From an uncultured candidate division WWE3 bacterium (GTDB taxonomy: Bacteria > Patescibacteriota > WWE3 > UBA101185 > UBA10185), in assembly GCA_903879985.1 (NCBI GenBank), contig CAIRNR010000007.1:280079-344078 (forward strand): DNA of 64,000 bases, given 5' to 3'. The translations under genes and the position numbers were made by a program. A model generated the notes under the pieces. The model did not search any database. It saw only the letters and a program-made list of their open reading frames with translations, and was not told the origin of the DNA. Positions 9,195 through 19,083 of the stretch are shown in pieces (within the stretch, counting starts at the first letter, position 1; the number at the start of each line of letters is the position of its first letter).

Positions 9195-9932
9195 CTACAA
9201 AACGAACATCAAAACAACGCCTAACAAAAAACATACAAAAGATAGCCAAGACCTTACAACATTGGTCTCCTGACGAATCTCGGGCAATAAATCTGAAGTA
9301 GCTATATAAATAAATCCACCTGCCGCAAAAGCCGTGATATAAGGTGCAACCAAACCAACATGGGAAACCCACAAAAATCCTATAAAACCACCAAGAATTG
9401 CAAAAAGTGCGACAAATAAATTTGAAAGTACGGCTTTACGCACACTAAAACCTGAGTGAAGTAAAACACAAAAATTTCCAATCTCATGAGGAATTTCGTG
9501 TAAAACTACAGCCACACTTGTGGCAATACCAAGATTAATATTTGTATAAAAAGCGGCGGCAATAACCAATCCATCCAAGAAATTATGAACAACATCACCT
9601 GTTAAGTTCATTAACCCTAGAACGTGCTTATCATCTACAACATCGTGATGGTGGTGCCAACGTAATATTTTTTCCAACAAGAAAAATACAATAAATGCGC
9701 CAAGAACTAGCAAATTAACAACATTTGAGGGCAATTGTGCACTGGCTTCGGGTATTAAATGTAAAAAGGCGCCACCCAGCAAAGTTCCTGCTGATGCCGC
9801 AACTAAAAATATTAATAATCTATTTAATCTTTCTCTACCTATGGATAAAGTAGCCACACCAACCAGCGAAATTAAACTTATTATTATATTTGCCGTAATT
9901 GTAAGCGCGAATTTATCCATATGTTTATCCAA
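9195..9932 (-). CDS. zupT: ZIP-family divalent metal transporter
   Basis: HEIPHEIGNF signature (HExPHExGDF) and multiple TM segments. Confidence 0.75.
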   Translation of the reverse strand: MDKHMDKFALTITANIIISLISLVGVATLSIGRERLNRLLIFLVAASAGTLLGGAFLHLIPEASAQLPSNVVNLLVLGAFIVFFLLEKILRWHHHHDVVDDKHVLGLMNLTGDVVHNFLDGLVIAAAFYTNINLGIATSVAVVLHEIPHEIGNFCVLLHSGFSVRKAVLSNLFVALFAILGGFIGFLWVSHVGLVAPYITAFAAGGFIYIATSDLLPEIRQETNVVRSWLSFVCFLLGVVLMFVL

Positions 9933-9978
9933 ATTTTACACGAAAAAAGCGTAATAGCGCTATACTTATACTACTTAT

Positions 9979-12048
9979 ATGCACGATAAAGAAGCTATAG
10001 AAAAATCACTAACTAAGCTGAATTCAGAAGTTTCCGCAATTATTGAAGAAAATAAGTTTGACATTTCAGGAGCAATAAAAGGCTCTTTTTTTCACCACAG
10101 ATTGGGAGAAATAGTAAAAGACACAATAAAAACAGAAGACGGTGAAATTTTAAAACAGGCAACCGGAAAGACTGTGGGATTTTTTTACATAACAATCCGC
10201 GACTTACTTCGAGTAAATAAAGAAGGTACGCATGAAGAAGGCGATAAAGTACTAATAAAATGCGTGCAAAAAGTAGGACAACAATTAACTAAATTAAATA
10301 TTTCCAACTTCGAAATTTATCATATATTGGGAGCAGATTTTATTTGCATTTGTAACATTTCACAAGATAACGTTCCGGAAATAACCAAAACACTAAGTGA
10401 CATAACAATCAATTTTGAAAATGCCAGCCAGCCTGCGCACCTTAGCGTTTACGGCTATACCATAAAACAACTTATCGAGGATGGAAACAAAGGTTTGGAA
10501 TTAGAAAACGATAAATCTTTAAACAAAAATATATCTCGTCACGCAACCAGCGTACTTGTTCAAGCAATCAACTACGGTATTGAATACAACAAACTTATTG
10601 ATACGATTGCAGATTTTAAGTCATGCAAAAAAGGCCAAAAGGATTTTTATGACATGTACATTAAATATCTATTTGATCCCGTACCAACTATAAAAAAACT
10701 ACTTGAAATGTCGTCTACCGACATAGAAACATTATGCATCCAAACCGCGTACGAAAAAACGCACGATGACGAACCTTCATACGCAGGTGTTCTGAAAACT
10801 CAAATAAAATATTTATATAAAAATCCCGAAGAAGCACTTAATAAAATAGAAAAAACTCGTACCCAACTTGAAAAAATTCCTGAAAACAAACCTGAAACCT
10901 ATGAAAACTTTAACGAGCAGGTTAAAAATTATCGTACACAAAAAAGTAAATGGTTCGAAAATGTATCCCAATTGTTTTATCAAGCAACTAGTACTGAAGA
11001 TAACGATTGCAAAATATGCAAAGAATTAGTAAAAGTTTTTATTAGCGAACCCAAGTTATGTGCTGACTACGGTCCCCTTCTAGAAAAATATGTAGAATCA
11101 GTAAAAGATTTAGACAAAAAGATAATTTTAAAAACAATAGAAACAGGTTACCGACGCGCACTAATTAATTACGACGATTTAACCGGTCTTAAAAACAAAG
11201 AACAAGCCAAAAAAGAAGTTGGTAAATTTTACGATCAAAATATAAATTTCAGCATAATAAACATTGATTTAGCGTACTTAAAATACTTTAACGTCCACGG
11301 AGGAAGAAAAACTGTTGGAGATCTGGCAATCAAAAAAGCTGCGTACATTGTAGATTTGGTAAAACAAAACTGTTTAAAGCGTAATTTAGAGGTAGAAGTT
11401 TGCCGTTCGGGTGGCGACGAGTTCACCTTTGTATCAAACGTAAACGCGGAACAAGCTACAAACATTGCCGATGAAATAGAAGGTGAATCAATAAAGAAAG
11501 GTCCGGTTCCAGCAGCGCCTACATCCAAACAAACATATTTACCTGAAAGAATTAGGTTTAACGCAGGAATTACAGATTTGAGTGAAACTAAAAACTTGTT
11601 ATTTAAATTAGCTAAAATACGACCAAAACTATTTAACAAAATCGAGCTTACCGCTTTAACCGTTGAAACGCCAAACCCCGAGCAACGTGAAATAAGAAAA
11701 AAGTTAGTTATTGATACCATGTTTAAGTTCGCGGATATTTTGCAAGAGATAAATAAAAAAACGGATAGATTTGAATTTTTGCTCCATAGATATAGTGATT
11801 TTAAAAACTCAAAAACAGGAGACATGTCGTACTTTGAAACTATTTTGGCATTTTCAGGAAAAGCCTTGGGCGGATTTACAATAAAAGATTTTGATAACAT
11901 TGCAAAATATGCTGCAAAAAAACACATAGATATTTCCAGTTTGGATTGCGACCAGCTTCAGCAATTAATAAAAGTATTCTTTAAAAAACAAAGTCGTGTG
12001 CCTGCAAATGTAAGTAAGGAGACAAATATAATTGCGCAGTTAAACTAA
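9979..12048 (+). CDS. soluble protein with tandem GGDEF-type cyclase domains (N-terminal degenerate, central canonical RSGGDEF)
   Basis: Central: YDDLTGLKNKE ... INIDLAYLKYFNVHGGRKTVGDLAIKKAA ... VCRSGGDEFTF is the full GGDEF pattern. N-terminal: FFYITIRDLLRVNKEGTHEEGDKVLIKCV ... YHILGADFICIC has the same fold pattern but GADF replaces GGDEF. No TM segments. Confidence 0.65.
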   Translation: MHDKEAIEKSLTKLNSEVSAIIEENKFDISGAIKGSFFHHRLGEIVKDTIKTEDGEILKQATGKTVGFFYITIRDLLRVNKEGTHEEGDKVLIKCVQKVGQQLTKLNISNFEIYHILGADFICICNISQDNVPEITKTLSDITINFENASQPAHLSVYGYTIKQLIEDGNKGLELENDKSLNKNISRHATSVLVQAINYGIEYNKLIDTIADFKSCKKGQKDFYDMYIKYLFDPVPTIKKLLEMSSTDIETLCIQTAYEKTHDDEPSYAGVLKTQIKYLYKNPEEALNKIEKTRTQLEKIPENKPETYENFNEQVKNYRTQKSKWFENVSQLFYQATSTEDNDCKICKELVKVFISEPKLCADYGPLLEKYVESVKDLDKKIILKTIETGYRRALINYDDLTGLKNKEQAKKEVGKFYDQNINFSIINIDLAYLKYFNVHGGRKTVGDLAIKKAAYIVDLVKQNCLKRNLEVEVCRSGGDEFTFVSNVNAEQATNIADEIEGESIKKGPVPAAPTSKQTYLPERIRFNAGITDLSETKNLLFKLAKIRPKLFNKIELTALTVETPNPEQREIRKKLVIDTMFKFADILQEINKKTDRFEFLLHRYSDFKNSKTGDMSYFETILAFSGKALGGFTIKDFDNIAKYAAKKHIDISSLDCDQLQQLIKVFFKKQSRVPANVSKETNIIAQLN

Positions 12049-12089
12049 CCGTCAGGACGTAACTCCCCTACGCTGTTATAATAAACCTA

Positions 12090-13466
12090 GTGTCCAAGCT
12101 TAAAAATTTATTACAAACCTTAAAAATTCCCGCCTTAATATTTCTTGTCACATTTGTTGGATATATGGCCAACGCAAAAATAGACTTTGATACAGGTATG
12201 CGTAAACATACATATCAATCTTTGTTAACATCCTTAGATACCACTGCAAATACCGTTTTACCCTACGCTCTTTACACAGAACACACCTTATATTTTGGTC
12301 CAAAGTCCATGAGGCTTATTAAGATAATAGATCCGAAGATGCCGCTTCCCCATTCAATGGTAGCAGTAGGAGACAAAAATTATCCGGCGTATCCAATATT
12401 AACCGGCTTAATGGCCATGCCGATTTATATTATTCCTTTAATGCTTAACAAAATGCCAAGCTTTAGATACTACGATAATGTCTTAAAAATTTTATTGCTG
12501 GGTAGAATTACAGCTTCCTTTTATACCGCCATTTCGGTAGCGCTGTTTTACATAATACTTAAAAAAATTAATGAGCTAAGAAATATTAAAACCAATTGGT
12601 TCACCTACTTCTTTTTGTTTTTCTACGCTTTTGGAACTGAAGCCTGGGTTATATCCAGTAGAACTCTGTGGCAGCACACATCGTCGCTACTATTTATAAC
12701 AATCGCAATACTGCTTTTAGTAAAAGGACAAAAAAACCCCGGGCTTATTAAATGGACTGGATTGGTTTGCGGACTCGCCGTAGTTGCGCGACCAACCAAT
12801 ATAGTTTTTGCCGCCGTGGTAGCTTTTTACGTTTTTCTGAATCACCGAAAAGAAATATTTAAATTTTGTTTAATGGCTGCAGGGCCGGCTATATTAATGC
12901 TTACTTACAATTGGATGGTTTTTAAATCACCTTTTACAAACGAGTATGGCGCCCGCGAGGACACAAGCTTTTCAACACCAATGTGGGTGGGATTAGTTGG
13001 CTACGCAATAAGTCCCACACGAAGCTTTTTATTTATTACGCCACCTTTTTTGTTGTCATATTTTGGAATGTACAAGATTATCAAAAAAGCTTGGCTTAGA
13101 TATGGTTACAAAAGTAAGCACACAGCCGACCCAAAAACCCAAATGGATTACCTGGACAAAATACTATTCTTTATGGCACTTTCATACATTGGAACTCTAA
13201 TACTATTTTCGAACTGGTGGTGCTGGTACGGAGCAGATAGATTTGGTTACGGATTTTTCACAGAACATATTCCTTACATAGCAATATTTGCATATTTAAT
13301 AGCGGCTAAATTTAAAAAGGTTGGAATGATTATATTTTCTATTCTGGTAGTGTACTCACTTTATATTCAGTTCACCGCCGTTATGTTTAGAAGAAGCCAA
13401 TGCTCCGGCGATCACAACTGGTCTTTTTACTGCTTAATGCCTGTTAAAGGAATAATCGCTAACTGA
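12090..13466 (+). CDS. polytopic membrane protein, GT-C (ArnT/PMT-like) glycosyltransferase candidate
   Basis: About 11 predicted TM helices. Sits in a locus with a GtrB-like GT2. Confidence 0.35.
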   Translation: MSKLKNLLQTLKIPALIFLVTFVGYMANAKIDFDTGMRKHTYQSLLTSLDTTANTVLPYALYTEHTLYFGPKSMRLIKIIDPKMPLPHSMVAVGDKNYPAYPILTGLMAMPIYIIPLMLNKMPSFRYYDNVLKILLLGRITASFYTAISVALFYIILKKINELRNIKTNWFTYFFLFFYAFGTEAWVISSRTLWQHTSSLLFITIAILLLVKGQKNPGLIKWTGLVCGLAVVARPTNIVFAAVVAFYVFLNHRKEIFKFCLMAAGPAILMLTYNWMVFKSPFTNEYGAREDTSFSTPMWVGLVGYAISPTRSFLFITPPFLLSYFGMYKIIKKAWLRYGYKSKHTADPKTQMDYLDKILFFMALSYIGTLILFSNWWCWYGADRFGYGFFTEHIPYIAIFAYLIAAKFKKVGMIIFSILVVYSLYIQFTAVMFRRSQCSGDHNWSFYCLMPVKGIIAN

Positions 13467-14011
13467 AGCAAACGCTTAATTACCTTATCCAATTTTTCCT
13501 CTGGAAACTCCGTAAGCATTTTGTGATAAAACTCGAAAATTACTTTTGCATCACCCAATGCTCTATGTCTTGATAAACACTCAATAGAATGACGCCTAAT
13601 AATTTCATCTAAGTTGTGACGGCGATAATCCGGGTACAATGCTTTAGATAGCTTAACAGTGCAAAGTCGATCCAAATTTAGATCAATACCATTTCTAAGA
13701 AATTCGTTTTTTAAAAAGTTGTAATCAAATTCTACGTTATGCGCCACAAAAACTGCGCCTTCAAGCAAACCTAACATTTCATCTTTTAATTCCTCAAAGC
13801 TTGGGGCTTTATTTATTTCTTTTTTTTTAATACTTGTGAAATTTAATATGTAGGGCGATACCTGAATTTTTGGATTAATAACCGAACTAAACACGTCTGT
13901 AACTTGATGCCCGTTGGTTCTGATAATTGCTACTTCAAGAACCCGATCGTTGGTTAGGTTAGACCCAGTTGTTTCAATATCAACAAATGCTAGTTCTACA
14001 GGTAACATCAC
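13427..14011 (-). CDS. DEDDh 3'-5' exonuclease (DnaQ/epsilon-like)
   Basis: FVDIETTG is the Exo I motif. ~190 aa standalone exonuclease. Confidence 0.7.
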   Translation of the reverse strand: MMLPVELAFVDIETTGSNLTNDRVLEVAIIRTNGHQVTDVFSSVINPKIQVSPYILNFTSIKKKEINKAPSFEELKDEMLGLLEGAVFVAHNVEFDYNFLKNEFLRNGIDLNLDRLCTVKLSKALYPDYRRHNLDEIIRRHSIECLSRHRALGDAKVIFEFYHKMLTEFPEEKLDKVIKRLLQLAIIPLTGIKQ

Positions 14012-14074
14012 GTGATACTACCAATTTAACTAAGTTTCTTCAAATTGACTCGTTCTGCTAAAATGTACTAATAA

Positions 14075-14998
14075 ATGGATCTATCTGTTGTAGCTACAAT
14101 ATATAATGACGAAGGAAACGTGGCACCTCTTGTCGCTGAAATACAAAAGCACGTTAATACTTTAGGGGTTTCATACGAGATTCTATTAGTAGACGACTTT
14201 AGTAAAGACGGCAGCAGAAAAGCTATTGAAAACGTATGTGAACAAAATCCTGAAGTTAAAGGAGTCTTTTTATCTAAAAATCACGGCCAACAAATAGCCA
14301 TGAGTGCAGGAATAAATTTAGCAACAGGAAATTATGTTGTAATTATGGACGGTGACCTTCAAAATCCGCCAGCAGAAATACCAAACCTGTACAACGAAAT
14401 AAAAAAAGGTTACGACATAGTTTATACAACTTCGGAAATAAGAAATAACTTTTTCGATCAATTAACATCAAAAGCTTTTTGGTTTTTAGTCACAACAGTA
14501 TTTAAAGTAGATATTGTCCCAAACCAATTAATGTTAAAAATAATGACCCGTGATTTTGTAGATAAGTTCAACAAATATAACGAACTTAATAGAACAATCG
14601 AAGGGTTACTAAGAGACATAAGTTCAAACTATTCCATAATTAAAGTAACTAACAGAAAAAGATTAAGCGGTAAAAGCCACTATAACTTATTTATGAAAAT
14701 CAGCTTGATGATTGATTTAATTATTTCTCTTACAGCCAAACCATTGGACCTTTTATTGTTAATTTCAGGAATAATTTTCACGTCATCATTTTTTTTGGGA
14801 ATATATTATTTAATAATGTATTTGTTTTTTGCTACGCCCATAGGATACACATCTTTAGTTTTAGCAATTGTCTTTTTTGGTAGCTTTAACAGCATAATGA
14901 TAGGTCTTGTAGGAAAGTATATATCCACAATATATTTGGAATCTAAAAATCGCCCTCTCTTCCATTTGGACAAAACAATAAATATTCACAACAAATAA
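14075..14998 (+). CDS. GT2 polyprenyl-phosphate glycosyltransferase (GtrB/DPM1-like) with C-terminal TM segments
   Basis: VVATIYNDEGN ... VDDFSKDGS ... MDGDLQNPP are GT2 motifs. Two C-terminal TM helices. Confidence 0.7.
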   Translation: MDLSVVATIYNDEGNVAPLVAEIQKHVNTLGVSYEILLVDDFSKDGSRKAIENVCEQNPEVKGVFLSKNHGQQIAMSAGINLATGNYVVIMDGDLQNPPAEIPNLYNEIKKGYDIVYTTSEIRNNFFDQLTSKAFWFLVTTVFKVDIVPNQLMLKIMTRDFVDKFNKYNELNRTIEGLLRDISSNYSIIKVTNRKRLSGKSHYNLFMKISLMIDLIISLTAKPLDLLLLISGIIFTSSFFLGIYYLIMYLFFATPIGYTSLVLAIVFFGSFNSIMIGLVGKYISTIYLESKNRPLFHLDKTINIHNK

Positions 14999-15018
14999 CT
15001 GTATGTTATACTCTACCA

Positions 15019-15672
15019 ATGGAAACAAATACAAACACAAATAATAAAATGTTAGTTGATTTAAAAGTAAAATTTTCTGCTTTAAAAAATGAAGTGCTTA
15101 AGAATAAAATGATTCTTGTAGCCATCGTAGTAGTTTTGCTAGGAGGAGTTCTTTATTTTGTTAAAGGATTTTTTGTTGCCGCTTTAGTTAACGGCGTTCC
15201 TGTATCCAGAATGGAAGTTGTAAGTCAGCTGGAAAAAGCTAATGGTAAAGCAGCACTTGATTCTTTGGTAACCAGAGCTTTGGTTCAGCAAGAAGCTAAC
15301 AAAAAAGGCGTTAAAATTTCAGCTGATGAAGTAAACAAAGAAGTAGCCTCAATTTCAGATAACTTAAAGAGCCAAAATCAAAATCTTGATAATGTTTTAC
15401 AAGCTCAAGGAATGACACGCGCCGAATTAAACGAACAAATCAAATATCAAAAGACAGTTGAGCAATTATTGGGTGATAAAGTTGCCGTAACAGACGCAGA
15501 AGTTAACACCTACATGACCGACAATAAAGCTTCATTGCCAACAGACAATCCAGATCAGGTAAAAAGTATAGTTAAACAGCAACTTGCCCAACAAAAGTTG
15601 TCTTCTGAATATCAAACATACGTAACTGAACTAAAAGCCAAAGCTAAAGTTACTTACTTTGTGAACTATTAG
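15019..15672 (+). CDS. SurA-N-like chaperone-domain protein (membrane-anchored)
   Basis: N-terminal TM segment and a SurA/PrsA N-domain-like helical region. No parvulin domain. Confidence 0.4.
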   Translation: METNTNTNNKMLVDLKVKFSALKNEVLKNKMILVAIVVVLLGGVLYFVKGFFVAALVNGVPVSRMEVVSQLEKANGKAALDSLVTRALVQQEANKKGVKISADEVNKEVASISDNLKSQNQNLDNVLQAQGMTRAELNEQIKYQKTVEQLLGDKVAVTDAEVNTYMTDNKASLPTDNPDQVKSIVKQQLAQQKLSSEYQTYVTELKAKAKVTYFVNY

Positions 15673-16217
15673 TGTACCTAAAGTCTATTAGAACTCTTAA
15701 AGAACAAGACGAAGTTTTGTACAAACCCGGTAGTACTGGTCCAGAATCAGTTTACTGGGTTTTTACGGATATTACTCAAGGCAAATGGATAAACATGACC
15801 GTAATAACCTCGGGCATGTACGGCGAAGAATTTCCAAAAACATACGGGCATTACCATAACACCAACGTTAACGAAATTTACCACGTGATTGAAGGTCAGG
15901 GAATTTTATTAATGCAAAAAGGATATCCTGAGGTTACCGATATAGTACTTGTTACGCTTAAGCCTGGAGATGAAGTTACAATAACTCCCGAATGGGGACA
16001 CGCTTTATCTAACATAGGCGAAACACCACTTGTAACCTTTGATAATTGGAACAGCGGTCATACACAGGCAGATTACGACCCTATTAAAAAGGTTAGCGGA
16101 ATGGCATGTTTTTTGTTAAAGGGTGAGAATATCGCAAAAATAGCGCTTAATCAAAACTATGGCGACTTACCTACTCCTAAATTTATGACAGCTGAAGAAT
16201 TTAAGAAATACGCTTAA
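15672..16217 (+). CDS. cupin-type glucose-6-phosphate isomerase-like protein
   Basis: TSGMYGEEFPKTYGHYHNTNVNEIYHVIEGQG resembles the cPGI signature (TxGxEPxxMxGHxHxxxxxExY). Confidence 0.45.
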   Translation: MYLKSIRTLKEQDEVLYKPGSTGPESVYWVFTDITQGKWINMTVITSGMYGEEFPKTYGHYHNTNVNEIYHVIEGQGILLMQKGYPEVTDIVLVTLKPGDEVTITPEWGHALSNIGETPLVTFDNWNSGHTQADYDPIKKVSGMACFLLKGENIAKIALNQNYGDLPTPKFMTAEEFKKYA

Positions 16218-16304
16218 ACTTCTTTTTAGTCTTGCGGATCATTTTATTCTTTTGAGCGTCTTTTTTCTTTTTATTAATACTCATATTTAAATTCTGACAC
16301 AATC

Positions 16305-16667
16305 TTAACTATTTACAAGCTTAGCTGAGAATATAATTCTCTTTTGATTGCCTTCGTCATCTATAATTTGAAGTGAACCACTATCTTTATAATAATCGGC
16401 TAACTCCTGGGCTAAAACTTCTTTATTTTCCTTAATATCTTCTCGAAGCTCTTTCATTTGTTTTTCCATGGCTTGCATTGTTTCGTTTGAAGAAACTTTT
16501 GCTTTCTTTTCTTTTACTTCATCTTTAAACTTTTGAGCTTCTGCCTGTAGGGCTTGATATGCTGGATCGTTCTCTAATGAATCTACCATTACAACTTTAA
16601 TCTTATCCAATTCATCTTGGAGATCGTTTAAAATCTTTAATCTTTTTGTGATCATTTCGAGTCCCAT
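16305..16667 (-). CDS. coiled-coil hypothetical protein
   Basis: Charged heptad-rich sequence with no recognised enzymatic motif. Confidence 0.4.
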   Translation of the reverse strand: MGLEMITKRLKILNDLQDELDKIKVVMVDSLENDPAYQALQAEAQKFKDEVKEKKAKVSSNETMQAMEKQMKELREDIKENKEVLAQELADYYKDSGSLQIIDDEGNQKRIIFSAKLVNS

Positions 16668-16725
16668 CGAAGTAGTTTATCATATATGTTTTGCTTATTC
16701 CAAGTACTTTTTATATTATGTACAA

Positions 16726-17361
16726 ATGAAGACAGTAAAAGGCAACAAACTATTGGAAATAACTAAAGAGGAATTAGACCAGCTAAAATCCAAATACGCA
16801 CGCGTAGAGCTGGATTTGGGCACAGGAGACGGCAGATTTGTATATAAGCGCGCTCTTGCCATGCCAACAACATTATATATAGGAGTGGATCCTGCAGCTA
16901 AGCAAATGGAGGAATTCTCTAAGAAAGCTGTGAAAAACCATGTTGATAATGTGATTTACGTTATTGGAAGCGTTGAGATATTGCCACAAGAACTAATAGG
17001 CGCGGCTGACTATTTAACCGTTATTTTACCCTGGGGTTCTCTATTGGAAGCTATAGCTAACGTAAATATAACTAAGGTTAATAACCTAAGATCGTTAATG
17101 AAACCAGACGCCGGATTTACATTTATTCTCGGTTATTCGGAAGAACTTGAAAAAGGAGAAACCAAAAGACTGCAACTTCCAGAATTAAACGAAGTTTATA
17201 TTAAAACCCAGCTTATACCTCAATTACAAGTTTTGGGCTTTAGTGACGCACAGGCAGGCATACTAAATAAAAGCGAACTAGCAGATTTGGACTCCACATG
17301 GGGAAAAAGAATTAAGGCAACACGCAACAGAATATTGTTTAAGATTGACAAAGCCCTATAA
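16726..17361 (+). CDS. KamB/NpmA-family 16S rRNA (m1A1408) methyltransferase-like protein
   Basis: VELDLGTGDGRFVYK, IGVDP, ILPWGSLLE and DSTWGKRI correspond by position to the SAM-binding Asp residues and the two Trp residues (approximately W107 and W197) of NpmA, as I recall that family. Start trimmed to MKTVKG. Confidence 0.45.
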   Translation: MKTVKGNKLLEITKEELDQLKSKYARVELDLGTGDGRFVYKRALAMPTTLYIGVDPAAKQMEEFSKKAVKNHVDNVIYVIGSVEILPQELIGAADYLTVILPWGSLLEAIANVNITKVNNLRSLMKPDAGFTFILGYSEELEKGETKRLQLPELNEVYIKTQLIPQLQVLGFSDAQAGILNKSELADLDSTWGKRIKATRNRILFKIDKAL

Positions 17362-17379
17362 ACAACGCAAACTTGGATA

Positions 17380-18252
17380 ATGGAACAAAATACAAATACA
17401 CAAAAGCTATCAGACATTATTTCCGTAATAAAATCTAGTGTTCAACTTTGGACAAAGAACAATCGTTGGCTCTTTATTCTAAAGGCACAAACCGTAATAT
17501 TTTTTGTGATCTTTATACAAGTGCTTCCTATTGCCATGGTCACAGCATTCGCAGCAGTTGCTACTAAAAATGGCAATGAATCCGTATCCGTTGTAGGCAC
17601 AATGTTGATTTCACTACTTTGCTTGGTTTTTTCTGTATTATTTTTTGGATTTGTTATGGCAATGAGCACAGGTATTTACATTGAGGCATATCACAACACG
17701 CAAATAAGCATGCTGGAATTTGCAAAAAAAGCCTATAAAAAGAATTACAAGTTTTTGGGTATCACCTTTATTTTGTACTTAATGCTTATGTTTGGCTTTA
17801 TGTTCTTTATAATACCGGCCATTATATTAGGCATAATGTTCTCTTACACTTTGTATATCGCATATGAAGAAAACGTTGGCGTCATTGAAGCCTTCCAAAA
17901 AGGAGCTTCTTTGGTAAATGGCTACAAATTGGAATTATTTAAAAAAGGTGCAGTAGTGTTCGCTATAAGTATGGCCATTTCAATTTTCTTCGGAGCGTTT
18001 GAAAATGAGAAAGCGCCATTGATAATGAGATTAATTGCAACGCTGATACAATTACCCGTTGAAGTGGTTATCGGTTCTGCATTTCCATTTATCTGGGTAA
18101 CTTATTATTTTGAGCTCAAAAAAATCAAAGGCATACAACCACAAGCAGTGGATCAGGCACCAGTAATAAATCCGGTAGCGCCTCTAGCAGCGCCAACACC
18201 TGTACCAGCGCCCGTAACAACTACGCAAGAACCAGTAACACCAATTCAATAA
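17380..18252 (+). CDS. polytopic membrane protein with Pro-rich C-terminal tail
   Basis: Multiple TM segments and a PVPAPVTTTQEPV tail. Confidence 0.4.
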   Translation: MEQNTNTQKLSDIISVIKSSVQLWTKNNRWLFILKAQTVIFFVIFIQVLPIAMVTAFAAVATKNGNESVSVVGTMLISLLCLVFSVLFFGFVMAMSTGIYIEAYHNTQISMLEFAKKAYKKNYKFLGITFILYLMLMFGFMFFIIPAIILGIMFSYTLYIAYEENVGVIEAFQKGASLVNGYKLELFKKGAVVFAISMAISIFFGAFENEKAPLIMRLIATLIQLPVEVVIGSAFPFIWVTYYFELKKIKGIQPQAVDQAPVINPVAPLAAPTPVPAPVTTTQEPVTPIQ

Positions 18253-18277
18253 AGGTGTTAGAATATTTCGGTAATCG

Positions 18278-18354
18278 CGGGGTATAGCTTAGTTGGCTAA
18301 AGCGCCAGGCTGGGGGTCTGGAGATCGCCCGTTCGAGCCGGGCTACCCCGACCA
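18278..18354 (+). tRNA. tRNA-Pro (anticodon GGG)
   Basis: Manual cloverleaf: CGGGGTA/TACCCCG acceptor, anticodon loop CTGGGGG, T-loop TTCGAGC, CCA encoded. Preceded by TGTTAGAAT. Confidence 0.8.
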
Positions 18355-18411
18355 TAAGCATAGCTGTCAGATTTTTTAATCCTTTACACAAACCACAAAT
18401 AAAAGTTAGTA

Positions 18412-19083
18412 TTGTTGTATATGATTACCCCTGAAATCCAAGATTATGTTACCAAGAAAAAGGCAGAAGGTATTTCTGATGAGGTAATAAAAGCTAATCT
18501 ATTATCCGTAGGTTGGCCAGAAAATCAGATAACAGAAGCTCTAGCAGGTGAGGTAAAAACCTCAGATATACCTCTACCAAAGATTCCAACACCACCAGCA
18601 CAAACAGGAACCATGTGGGATAGCTTTCAGCATATATTAATGTTTATAAGTATGTACGTTTTATACATTTCCTTAGCGTTAATGATTCATCAATATATTG
18701 ATAAATGGGCTCCTGGGGTTACAAACAACCCATACGCGTCTTTTGCATATGACAGCTATAACACCATATTATTAAGAATTTATATGGCTGCACTAATAGT
18801 TTCTTTTCCGTTATTCTCCTTCTTCTTTATAAAGATCACAAAACACACTAAAGAAAATCCAAATATTAAAAACATGGTTGCCAGAAAACTTTTAACATAC
18901 GGAACACTTGTCGTGACATTTATTGTTGTCTTAGTAAACGTTGTCCAAGCTGTGTACGGATTTTTAGAAGGAAATGTAACTTTTAATTTTGTATTGCACT
19001 TTTTAAATACTGTTGGATTAAGCAGTATTATATTTATTTATTATCTTGGTCAGGTAAAGGGAGATCGTATAAAAAGTGCGTAA
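18412..19083 (+). CDS. membrane hypothetical protein
   Basis: Soluble N-terminal region followed by several TM helices. Confidence 0.4.
   Translation: MLYMITPEIQDYVTKKKAEGISDEVIKANLLSVGWPENQITEALAGEVKTSDIPLPKIPTPPAQTGTMWDSFQHILMFISMYVLYISLALMIHQYIDKWAPGVTNNPYASFAYDSYNTILLRIYMAALIVSFPLFSFFFIKITKHTKENPNIKNMVARKLLTYGTLVVTFIVVLVNVVQAVYGFLEGNVTFNFVLHFLNTVGLSSIIFIYYLGQVKGDRIKSA

Noticed and set aside
11235-11927. 230-aa antisense ORF inside the GGDEF gene
   Set aside because: Antisense to a strongly supported coding region. Hydrophobic and low-complexity, typical of an AT-rich shadow frame.
13427-14011. DEDDh exonuclease as a defence effector paired with the GGDEF-tandem protein
   Set aside because: Size and motifs fit a housekeeping DnaQ/epsilon-like proofreading exonuclease. 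It is on the opposite strand and separated by a GT-C gene. No CARF/SAVED-type sensor domain is present.
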